From Hyphomicrobiales bacterium (GTDB lineage Bacteria; Pseudomonadota; Alphaproteobacteria; Rhizobiales; UBA4765): a stretch of DNA of 64,000 nucleotides. The stretch lies in contig JAIEPZ010000008.1 in the NCBI GenBank assembly GCA_019748135.1, positions 31,453-95,452 of the forward strand, read 5' to 3'. A program made the translations under genes and the position numbers. How positions within the stretch are numbered: position 1 is the stretch's first letter; the number at the start of each line of letters is the position of its first letter. Under the pieces are notes generated by a model. The model ran no database searches and was not told where the DNA came from. It saw nothing but the letters and a program-made list of their open reading frames with translations. Of the stretch, positions 56,231 through 64,000 are shown one piece after another.

Positions 56231-57780
56231 GTCTGACGATCCACATAATGACCGCCGCCCTGGTTGGGGCGTTGCGGTTTGCCAAGGCGGGCTGCGACCT
56301 CGCCAATCGGCAGATCAGCCTTGCGCAGATCGCGCCGCAAATCCGACAGCCCGTCGCGCAGCGCCCTCCCCGTGGTTTCGCGCTCCGCCCACAGCGTGGC
56401 GCTGACGCCACTGCTCGCATTGCCCGGTTGCCAGACAATGACCGCGCTGACCGGACCCGCCGGCTCACTGTCAAGCGCAAACCACAGACGATAGGTGGGA
56501 AACGCGCCACCAACGCCCGCCGGCTGCGCCTCGCGCTCAACTGCCACTTGCAACGTGGTCGTCTGCTGCCTGATCTGGACAGGTATCTCCACGTAATAAG
56601 ACGTCTGCAAGGTCGGTTGCGATTTCTGATCGCTTGGCACGACCTGGTCACCATGGCGGCTGACGAGTTGCGACAGACGAATACGCGAGAGGGCTGCTTC
56701 CGTCTGGTCGAGCAGATGGCTCGCAATCTCGTCGACCTTGGCGTTGGCTGGAATGTCGCCGCTTGCCGGGCGCTGTGCTTCCGGGATTTCACCACGATGC
56801 GGAGGCGCGAGGCGCTCACTCTGGTCGCGAGCGCCGGTCGTGCGGGCAGCGCCTTCAGGAGAAGCTGCCTGTGATGCTTCAGGCGAGGCGCCCAGCTCCG
56901 CTGCCGTTTGAACCGAAGCCGCACCCGCTTGCGGCACGAGTTTTGTCAACTGGTCACGCAGCCCGAGCAGCACGGCTTTCAAATCAGCGCTGAGAACAGT
57001 TTTGTTATTGCCGCCTGCCAGGGCGTTTTCAAGGAAGACGCCTGAATTGGCGATCGCGTCGATCAGGCCGTTGGTGGTGATGCCCTCATCCAGGCTGATA
57101 TTCGCCGCAGCCGCCTTGTTCACCGCATCACGCAAGGGCGCGGGCAGGTCGCGCGGGCGTTGTTGCAAGGCCGCGAGATTAGCAAAAACCGGGGCTAAAG
57201 GACCCTGTTTTGCAACGCTGCTTGAAATTGCCGAAGACAGCGCGGCGTTGAGGGCGGCGACGACCTCGCCGGTTTGGCTGGTTGTTGCCGGGGGGGCGGT
57301 GACCGGCTGTCGCGCGCGCACATCGACGACGACGCCGTCATTTTGGGTAACGGTGTTTGACACGCTCTGAAGTGCCCCGCCCGGTTGCGAAGCAAGCCCG
57401 GCGCGCAGGTTCGCGGCACTGCCATCGCCCGCACGCGGCACGACCAGGGTCGCTGGCGAATTGGCGCCGGTGACGATGCGCGCCGCCGGGTCGACCAGTC
57501 GCGGGGGAGCGTTCTCGCCTGCAACCAGGCTCAGCGAAATCTGGCCTGTCGTGCCCAGGATCAGCAGGCGCACTCTCGAGCCAATCGCGACATCGACTTT
57601 AGTTGCAATGTCGAGTGCGCCCTGCGCGGTTAACACCCGCAGCACCCCATCGCCGATGATCTGCTGAACGCGCGCATCAAGCGTGCGACCGTCTACCAGG
57701 GTCAGCGGAAGCGATCCGCTCACCAGCGATCCAAGCGCTGATTGTTGGGCGGCGATCTGGGCTGTGGAAATTTCAGCCAC
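56227..57780 (-). CDS. FliK-like (flagellar hook-length control protein C-terminal domain-like) protein
   Basis: 517 aa, low-complexity Ala/Gln/Ser-rich. The C-terminal ~110 aa (YYVEIPVQI...VSATLWAERETTGRALRDGLSDLRRDLRKADLPIGEV) resemble the Flg_hook domain. ATGA overlap with the FlhB-like gene. GTG start with a GGGAGA RBS. Confidence 0.5.
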   Translation of the reverse strand: MAEISTAQIAAQQSALGSLVSGSLPLTLVDGRTLDARVQQIIGDGVLRVLTAQGALDIATKVDVAIGSRVRLLILGTTGQISLSLVAGENAPPRLVDPAARIVTGANSPATLVVPRAGDGSAANLRAGLASQPGGALQSVSNTVTQNDGVVVDVRARQPVTAPPATTSQTGEVVAALNAALSSAISSSVAKQGPLAPVFANLAALQQRPRDLPAPLRDAVNKAAAANISLDEGITTNGLIDAIANSGVFLENALAGGNNKTVLSADLKAVLLGLRDQLTKLVPQAGAASVQTAAELGASPEASQAASPEGAARTTGARDQSERLAPPHRGEIPEAQRPASGDIPANAKVDEIASHLLDQTEAALSRIRLSQLVSRHGDQVVPSDQKSQPTLQTSYYVEIPVQIRQQTTTLQVAVEREAQPAGVGGAFPTYRLWFALDSEPAGPVSAVIVWQPGNASSGVSATLWAERETTGRALRDGLSDLRRDLRKADLPIGEVAARLGKPQRPNQGGGHYVDRQT

Positions 57781-57869
57781 GCGGTTCTCCCATATGATTC
57801 GCTCAATTATTATCGTTTATTCAGCAAAATTCTCCTAATCTGATCCTGAAAATGGAAGATAAACAGCAA

Positions 57870-59675
57870 TTAGATATGGGCGCGCGCTGCATCGACAAGT
57901 CGCAGCTGCACGCGCTCGCGCCCCTGCCAGCGATTGAGCGACAAATGGCCTGCGGCATGGATCGTCTTGCCGCGTGAGGCAAGCAGAAAATCGCCCAGCG
58001 GCGTACCGACGGCACGGAAGGCGATCGCCGAAATCTCGCTCCCATCGCCGGTGGCCAATGTGGCGCGGATATGCTGGGTGCCGGCGATATCAGCGTAGCG
58101 CAGGCGATGGGCAGGAAAGGCCAGCAAAGGCTCAGAGCGGCCTGTGCCAAAAGGTCCGGCCCGCGCCAGCTCATGTACAAAGGGGACGGTGGCGCTCGCA
58201 GCCGACATCGCCGCGTCAAAATGTCGTTCGCGCGTGCCGCGTGCCTGTTCGACAGCGGATCGCAATACTCCCACGAGGAAGCCACGGAAATCGGCAAGCC
58301 GTGAAGCGTCGAGCGTCACGCCGGCGGCCATGGCGTGTCCGCCGCCCTTCAAGAGGATACCATCGCTCACCGCATGGCGGACTACCTGACCAAGATCGAC
58401 GCCTGCAATCGAGCGACCGGAGCCGGTGGCAACGCCCTGACGAACCGCAAGCGCAAAGGCTGGACGTTCGAATTTTTCCTTGAGGCGGGCGGCGATCAGG
58501 CCAAGCACGCCCGGATGCCAATCAGGAGCACTCGCGACCACGACCGGCGGCCCCTCGCCCATGCCGATCGCCGCACTCGTCTCGTCGACGGCTTCGGCCA
58601 CCGCCTGCTGCTCGATGAGCTGGCGCTCGCGATTAAGCCGGTCAAGTTCACCCGCAATCCGCGCGCACTCTTCTTCTTCGTTGCTCATCAACAGTCTGCA
58701 ACCGAGGCCCGCCTCGCCGATACGCCCGCCGGCGTTGATCCTTGGTCCCAGAACAAAGCCGAGATGGAAACTTTCAACCGGACCGTCGATATGACCAGCG
58801 CCAATCAAGGCGCGCAGGCCCGGCTGGGGCTGACGGTTCAAGATTTCAAGACCACGGACGACAAGAGCGCGGTTAAGACCGAGCAACGGCACGACATCAG
58901 CGATGGTCGCCAGCGCAACGATATCGAGCAGCCGTAACAGATCGAACTCGGTTTTGTTCTCAGTGAAAAATCCGCGTTGGCGCAGGCAACGATTAATGGC
59001 AACAGCGGCGATAAAAGTGACGCCGGCAGCGCATAGATGCCCGAGACCTGAGAGATCATCCTGGCGATTGGGATTGACCAGCGCGAAGGCAGGCGGCAAC
59101 GCGGCGTCGCTTTGATGATGATCGAGCACAATCGTCTCGGCGCCAAGCGCGTTGGCGCGGGAAATCGCCTGATGGCTCATCGTGCCGCAATCGAGCAGAA
59201 CGATCAGGCGAAAGCCATCGCTGACGAAGTGGTTCATGATGGCATCCGTCGGGCCATAGCCCTCGGTGATGCGGTCGGGGATATGAATGTGATGGGGCAC
59301 GTCATAGGCAGCAAGAAGGCGGCCAAGGACTGCGCAAGATGAGGCGCCGTCGACATCATAATCACCAAACAGCGCGACCGGCTCGCGTGCCATGATCGCC
59401 TGAGCAAGCCGGTCGGCTGCCTTATCCATATCGGTCAGCGTCGAGGGGTCGGGCATCAGCCGCCGCAGCGTTGGCTCCAAGGCATCCTCGACATCATCAA
59501 TACCCGTGCCACGACCGGCAAGAACGCGAGCGAGGATATCCGACAGATCGTATCGTTGTGCGATCGTCGCGGCGATCAGGCGCTCACGCGCGTTCAGGCG
59601 GTCGCGCCAAGCATGCCCGGTTGCCGAGACAGCGACACCAAGGAAATCGGTGTCTAGCTCCGCCATCGCCGCCAC
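57870..59675 (-). CDS. recJ: Single-stranded-DNA-specific exonuclease RecJ
   Basis: DHH motifs (ALFGDYDVDGASS, VLDHHQ), DHHA1 (GGGHAMAAG) and an OB-fold C-terminus. Confidence 0.9.
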   Translation of the reverse strand: MAAMAELDTDFLGVAVSATGHAWRDRLNARERLIAATIAQRYDLSDILARVLAGRGTGIDDVEDALEPTLRRLMPDPSTLTDMDKAADRLAQAIMAREPVALFGDYDVDGASSCAVLGRLLAAYDVPHHIHIPDRITEGYGPTDAIMNHFVSDGFRLIVLLDCGTMSHQAISRANALGAETIVLDHHQSDAALPPAFALVNPNRQDDLSGLGHLCAAGVTFIAAVAINRCLRQRGFFTENKTEFDLLRLLDIVALATIADVVPLLGLNRALVVRGLEILNRQPQPGLRALIGAGHIDGPVESFHLGFVLGPRINAGGRIGEAGLGCRLLMSNEEEECARIAGELDRLNRERQLIEQQAVAEAVDETSAAIGMGEGPPVVVASAPDWHPGVLGLIAARLKEKFERPAFALAVRQGVATGSGRSIAGVDLGQVVRHAVSDGILLKGGGHAMAAGVTLDASRLADFRGFLVGVLRSAVEQARGTRERHFDAAMSAASATVPFVHELARAGPFGTGRSEPLLAFPAHRLRYADIAGTQHIRATLATGDGSEISAIAFRAVGTPLGDFLLASRGKTIHAAGHLSLNRWQGRERVQLRLVDAARAHI

Positions 59676-59690
59676 ACTTGCAGGCGATGA

Positions 59691-60686
59691 TCACGCATCG
59701 TCGAATTTATCGAACAGGCGATGCTGCCCTTCGACGTAGCGGATGGTGCGGGTGGCAGCGCGCATCACCACGGAGTGGGTGGTGATCAGATCATGACCGA
59801 AATGAACACCGCGAAGGAAATTGCCGTCAGTGACGCCGGTTGCCGCGAACACGACATCGCCGCGCGCCATGTCGCCCATGGCGTATTTACGCTGCGGGTC
59901 CTCTATCCCCATCTTGCGGGCGCGGGCGCGTTTTTCCTCGCTGTCAAGGATCAGCCGGCCCTGCATCTGGCCGCCGATGCAACGCAGGGCTGCGGCTGCC
60001 AGAACCCCCTCAGGCGCGCCGCCGATACCGATATAGATATCAATTCCGGTGGTGCGCGGATCGGTCGTGTGGATGACGCCGGCGACATCGCCATCGCCGA
60101 TGAGGCGGATCGCTGCTCCAGTCGAGCGCACCTCGGCAATCAACTTCGCGTGGCGTGGCCGGTCCATGATGCAGGCCGAAATATCGCTTGGCGCCACTCC
60201 CTTGGCCTTGGCGAGCGCTATAATGTTGTCGATGGGCGAGCGATCAAGGTCGATCGTCCCTTCGGGATACCCCGGACCAATCGCGATCTTGTCCATATAG
60301 ACGTCAGGAGCGTTGAGAAGGCCGCCTTCTTCCGTCAGTGCGATCACGCACAGCGCATTCGGCAAATTCTTGGCGCAGATCGTCGTCCCCTCCAACGGAT
60401 CAAGGGCGATATCCACCTTGGGTCCCTCGCCGGTCCCGACCTTTTCGCCGATATAGAGCATCGGCGCTTCATCGCGCTCTCCCTCGCCGATGACGACGGT
60501 ACCTGAAATCGGCAGACGGTTGAGCTCGCGGCGCATCGCCACAACAGCTGCCTGATCGGCGTCCTTTTCAATGCCGCGACCGCGTAGGCGCGCTGACGAG
60601 ACGGCCGCGCGCTCGGTGACCCGCACCAGTTCCATCGACAGCGCCCGGTCGAGGACGGCAAGCGGACGATTATCTGACGGCAACAT
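59691..60686 (-). CDS. glpX: Class II fructose-1,6-bisphosphatase GlpX
   Basis: MELVRVTERAAVSSARLRGRG.KD.ADQAAV.AMR, ...IALDPLEGTT and ...GGAPEGV are GlpX motifs. ATG at 60686 with a GGGGAG RBS. Confidence 0.9.
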   Translation of the reverse strand: MLPSDNRPLAVLDRALSMELVRVTERAAVSSARLRGRGIEKDADQAAVVAMRRELNRLPISGTVVIGEGERDEAPMLYIGEKVGTGEGPKVDIALDPLEGTTICAKNLPNALCVIALTEEGGLLNAPDVYMDKIAIGPGYPEGTIDLDRSPIDNIIALAKAKGVAPSDISACIMDRPRHAKLIAEVRSTGAAIRLIGDGDVAGVIHTTDPRTTGIDIYIGIGGAPEGVLAAAALRCIGGQMQGRLILDSEEKRARARKMGIEDPQRKYAMGDMARGDVVFAATGVTDGNFLRGVHFGHDLITTHSVVMRAATRTIRYVEGQHRLFDKFDDA

Positions 60687-60713
60687 GGCACAACTCCCCA
60701 ATGCGCACAGGCA

Positions 60714-62027
60714 TTACAGTTTTTCGATACGGATCATTTGCGGCGGACCAACGATATGGCCGTCACGTTCAATGGCTTCCAGCGCCTGGCGGATGGCTGC
60801 CTCGGTCGTTTCGTAAGTGATCAATATGACAGGCTGTGGCTCGTGAACGGGCGCACCTTCGCGTCCTGCCCGTCCACGCTGGACGATTGATTCAAGTGAA
60901 ATGCGCGCTTCGGCCATGCGGGTGGCGATGGCCGCGAAAGCACCGGGGCGATCGTTTACCGCCAGGCGCACGTAGTAGCCGCCTTCATGAGCCCGCATTT
61001 CCGCCTGCTCGTAGGGGCGCATGAGTTTTGCAGGGCGCCCGAAGGGCGGCGTGATGATCCCGCGCGCTACATCGACAATATCGGCCAGAACAGCGGATGC
61101 GGTTGCTTCTCCGCCAGCGCCAGGCCCCACCAGCAACAGGGTACGGACAAGATCGCCATCGATGGAGACCGCGTTGAGAACGCCGTCCACCTGGGCGATC
61201 GCCGCCTTGGCCGGCACCATGGTTGGATGCACGCGCTGTTCGATGCCGCTATCGGTGCGCCGCGCCACACCCAACAGCTTGATGCGGTAGCCGAGATCAG
61301 CGGCCGCCTTGATGTCAGCACTGGTGATCGAGCGGATGCCTTCGACGTAAACCGCTTCAGGCGCGATCCGCGTACCGAAGGCAAGGCTGGCAAGGATTGC
61401 CAGCTTGTGGGCGCTGTCATGGCCATCGATATCGAAGCTCGGATCAGCTTCCGCATAGCCCAGAGCCTGGGCGGCGGCGAGACATTCGCCAAAGCTTAAC
61501 CCGTCGCTCTCCATCCGTGTCAGGATGTAATTGCACGTGCCGTTCAGAATGCCGACAACGCGGCGCGGGTGGTTGCCAACGAGCCCTTCGCGCAAAGTCT
61601 TGATAATCGGCACGCCGCCGGCAACGGCAGCCTCAAACGCAAGCGAGACATTTGATTGTTCCGCAAGCGCTGCCAGCTCGAGACCATGAGCGGCAATGAG
61701 CGCTTTATTGGCGGTAACAACCGGCTTTTTTGCGTTGAGCGCGGCGCGAACCGTGTCGTGGGCCACGCCTTCCGCCCCGCCGATCAGCTCAACGACCATG
61801 TCGACGCCGGGGGCGTTGGCAAGTGCCACAGGATCATTGAACCAGCGCACGAGCGAAGTATCGAAACTGCGCGGAAGCGACTGATCGCGGCCACTGACCG
61901 CACGCACCGCGAGCGAGGCACCAGCGCTTTCGGCCAGGCGTTCACGATTGCTCATGAGAAGACGCGCAACTGCGGCACCTACTGTGCCGATACCGGCGAT
62001 GCCGATGCCGATTTCCTTGCGCGCCAT
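60714..62027 (-). CDS. hom: Homoserine dehydrogenase
   Basis: IGIAGIGTVGAAV (NAD binding), a central catalytic domain (…GILNGTCNYILT…) and a C-terminal ACT domain. Confidence 0.9.
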   Translation of the reverse strand: MARKEIGIGIAGIGTVGAAVARLLMSNRERLAESAGASLAVRAVSGRDQSLPRSFDTSLVRWFNDPVALANAPGVDMVVELIGGAEGVAHDTVRAALNAKKPVVTANKALIAAHGLELAALAEQSNVSLAFEAAVAGGVPIIKTLREGLVGNHPRRVVGILNGTCNYILTRMESDGLSFGECLAAAQALGYAEADPSFDIDGHDSAHKLAILASLAFGTRIAPEAVYVEGIRSITSADIKAAADLGYRIKLLGVARRTDSGIEQRVHPTMVPAKAAIAQVDGVLNAVSIDGDLVRTLLLVGPGAGGEATASAVLADIVDVARGIITPPFGRPAKLMRPYEQAEMRAHEGGYYVRLAVNDRPGAFAAIATRMAEARISLESIVQRGRAGREGAPVHEPQPVILITYETTEAAIRQALEAIERDGHIVGPPQMIRIEKL

Positions 62028-62038
62028 GGAGTTGCCCT

Positions 62039-63256
62039 TCAGCGGTGGGCGGCGAGCGAAACGACGTTGTGCAACGTCTTGTCGGCGCCGGCGAGGAAAC
62101 GCTTGATGCTGCGGGCCGCCTGACGGATGCGCTGCTCGTTTTCAACCAAAGCGATGCGCACATGCTCATCGCCATGCTCGCCGAACCCGACGCCAGGAGC
62201 AACCGCGACATCCGCCTTCTCGACCAGCAGCTTGGAGAATTCGAGACTGCCTATTTCACGAAAGGCCGGCGGAATGGGAACCCAGGCGAACATCGAGGCG
62301 GCGGGCGGGGGAACCGCCCAGCCGGCGCGCCCGAAACTCTCAACCAGAACGTCACGGCGGCGATGGTAGACGCCGCGCATCTCGTCAATGCACTCCTCGC
62401 CACCGTTGAGCGCGGCAGCTGCCGCAATCTGGATCGGCGCGAAGGCGCCATAATCGAGATAGGATTTGACGCGCGCAAGTGCGCCGATCAGCCGTTCATT
62501 GCCAACCGCAAATCCCATACGCCAACCCGGCATGGAAAACGTCTTCGACAGCGAAGTGAATTCAACCGCCACATCCATCGCACCCGGCACCTGGAGGACG
62601 GAAGGCGGTGGCGCGCCCTCGAAGTAGATTTCGGCGTAAGCCAGATCCGACAGGACAAAGATATCGTGCTTTTTGGCAAAGGCGACGACTTCGCGGTAAA
62701 AATCAAGATCAGCGACCGCTGCCGTCGGATTGGCGGGATAACACAGAATGACGGCAATCGGCTTGGGAATCGAATGGCGGACAGCCCGGTCCATGGCGCG
62801 CAGCAATTCATCGCCCGGCTCGGCTGGCAGCGAGCGGATGACGCCACCTGACATGATGAAGCCGAAAGCATGGATGGGATAGGTGGGATTGGGGCACAGT
62901 ACGACGTCGCCGGGCGAGGTGATCGCCTGGGCGAGGTTGGCAAAGCCTTCCTTGGAGCCGAGGGTTGCAACGATCTCGGTCTCGGGATTGAGACGGACAC
63001 CGAAACGACGGTCGTAATAGGCGGCCTGCGCCTTGCGCAAACCTGGAATGCCTTTCGACATTGAATAGCGATGCGTGCGCGGATCCTCGACGCTCTGCAC
63101 CAATTTCTGGACGATATGGGCAGGCGTGGCGAGGTCAGGATTGCCCATGCCAAGGTCGATGATGTCAGCGCCGCGGTCGCGGGCATGCTTCTTCAGCTTG
63201 TTGACCTGTTCGAAAACATAGGGCGGAAGGCGCCTGATGCGATGAAATTCGCTCAT
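62039..63256 (-). CDS. Class I/II pyridoxal-phosphate aminotransferase (AlaC / LL-DAP-aminotransferase-like)
   Basis: FHRIRRLPPYVFEQVN..K...R..G.DIIDLGMGNPD and the SLSKTFSMPGWR PLP-lysine motif. I prefer the ATG at 63256. Confidence 0.85.
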   Translation of the reverse strand: MSEFHRIRRLPPYVFEQVNKLKKHARDRGADIIDLGMGNPDLATPAHIVQKLVQSVEDPRTHRYSMSKGIPGLRKAQAAYYDRRFGVRLNPETEIVATLGSKEGFANLAQAITSPGDVVLCPNPTYPIHAFGFIMSGGVIRSLPAEPGDELLRAMDRAVRHSIPKPIAVILCYPANPTAAVADLDFYREVVAFAKKHDIFVLSDLAYAEIYFEGAPPPSVLQVPGAMDVAVEFTSLSKTFSMPGWRMGFAVGNERLIGALARVKSYLDYGAFAPIQIAAAAALNGGEECIDEMRGVYHRRRDVLVESFGRAGWAVPPPAASMFAWVPIPPAFREIGSLEFSKLLVEKADVAVAPGVGFGEHGDEHVRIALVENEQRIRQAARSIKRFLAGADKTLHNVVSLAAHR

Positions 63257-63363
63257 CCTGCTTAACCGATCTGTTCGTGACGGGAACATCAGCGAAACTC
63301 GCCGATTCCTCCCTGCATTCGAAGGCTTACCCCCTGCGCAGACCCCCTGCCAAGGGAATTTTG

Positions 63364-63756
63364 TCAATAAACCTGATTTAGAAAATCTGCCGGCAGGCTT
63401 GGATTTTTCGTCACCGCCGTTGCCGGCTGTGGTGGCGGAGGGAGAGGAAGGGGCTTGTCAACCGGCGAGGCTGCCAGCGTTTTGACGCGCGCGCGGGCCG
63501 CCAGCAATTCCTGCTCGATGATCTGGCGTTCGGCGACTGACAGATCGGGTACGGGCAATGGCGGCGTCACACCAACGGGGATAAATCCGCCGGGGCGCAG
63601 GGTCTCGGCGCTGCGGATATCGGACGTTGGCGTGATGCCGCTATCAACGATGGCCCGTCCTGTAAGTCCGGGCGACGAGCAGCCACCGGCGCTGGTCAGC
63701 GCAAGGATGAGAGCCACGATTTTGAAATGAATTCGCACAGCTGATCTCTTGGTCAT
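63364..63756 (-). CDS. Hypothetical lipoprotein
   Basis: The internal ATG at 63756 gives MTKRSAVRIHFKIVALILALTSAGGCSS, a lipobox-like A-G-G-C. The C-terminus is Pro-rich. I recognise no family. Confidence 0.5.
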   Translation of the reverse strand: MTKRSAVRIHFKIVALILALTSAGGCSSPGLTGRAIVDSGITPTSDIRSAETLRPGGFIPVGVTPPLPVPDLSVAERQIIEQELLAARARVKTLAASPVDKPLPLPPPPQPATAVTKNPSLPADFLNQVY

Positions 63757-63904
63757 ATGAATGACATTGCCACAATGATTGATGGGAAGTGGGACAAGGG
63801 GGCGAATGACGCGCATTATTCCCGTTTTTTTTATCTTGAAGGTGTTTATGATGTGGCCAGGAAACGACCAAGGTCGAAACAAGACTTTTTCATCGAGTGC
63901 TCAT

Positions 63905-64000
63905 ATGGCCGATAAAGATAAAATTCCAGCCAATGGCGCGGAAACCACTGTTGTTCTGCCTGATCCAGAGACGATGGCGCGCAATTTCGCTTTAATGTAT
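63905..64000 (+). CDS. phaC: Probable class I poly(3-hydroxyalkanoate) synthase PhaC, N-terminal fragment (runs off the right edge)
   Basis: My translation is MADKDKIPANGAETTVVLPDPETMARNFALMY. The DPETMA.NFA segment resembles the N-terminus of rhizobial PhbC as I remember it. Only 32 codons are visible. Confidence 0.45.
   Translation, partial: MADKDKIPANGAETTVVLPDPETMARNFALMY

Noticed and set aside
1-64000. Scan for CRISPR arrays, rRNA, transposases or integrases, toxin-antitoxin pairs and tandem repeats.
   Set aside because: I saw no regularly spaced direct repeats, no rRNA-like stretches and no transposase or integrase-like ORFs. The repetitive Pro/Ala stretches (PopZ-like, SPOR and TatB tails) are coding low-complexity sequence.

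Overview
This is a 64-kb, visibly GC-rich chromosomal segment (about 60% G+C by eye). Gene content and order look like a Hyphomicrobiales (Rhizobiales)-type alphaproteobacterium: surE-serS-tatCB-scpBA-nagZ-SPOR-argS-dgt / erpA-xthA / exoR-like-ilvD-valS-popZ-like-tolC-pcm, and recJ-glpX-hom-aminotransferase / phaC. Most of the window is housekeeping: four aminoacyl-tRNA synthetase or translation genes, four tRNA genes, Tat export and the ScpAB condensin subunits. There are also four metabolic or transport modules. These are a tricarballylate tcuAB locus with a TRAP transporter and a PrpF-family isomerase, an NrtABD-like ABC transporter with cyanase, a Dpp/Gsi-like ABC importer with gamma-glutamyltransferase and DUF1028, and a KefB-like antiporter. 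The most unusual region is 21.5-26.0 kb. It is a compact minus-strand operon of four overlapping genes: a stand-alone SET-domain methyltransferase, two paralogous Ddl-like ATP-grasp ligases, and a third ATP-grasp fused to a second SET domain. The operon is bracketed by tRNA-Cys and tRNA-Arg(UCU) and preceded by a 240-bp spacer of about 36% G+C. I cannot match it to any characterised pathway, and I propose it as a candidate new peptide-ligation and methylation system (metabolite- or protein-modifying). Secondary oddities are: a ~263-bp element with perfect 20-bp terminal inverted repeats (MITE/RIME-like), a FliK-like plus FlhB-C-terminal-fragment-like gene pair outside any flagellar context, short patches of 26-28% G+C inside argS and valS, and an apparently missing tatA. 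No CRISPR array, rRNA, integrase or transposase was seen. All calls come from reading the supplied translations and the sequence by eye. No database search was run.
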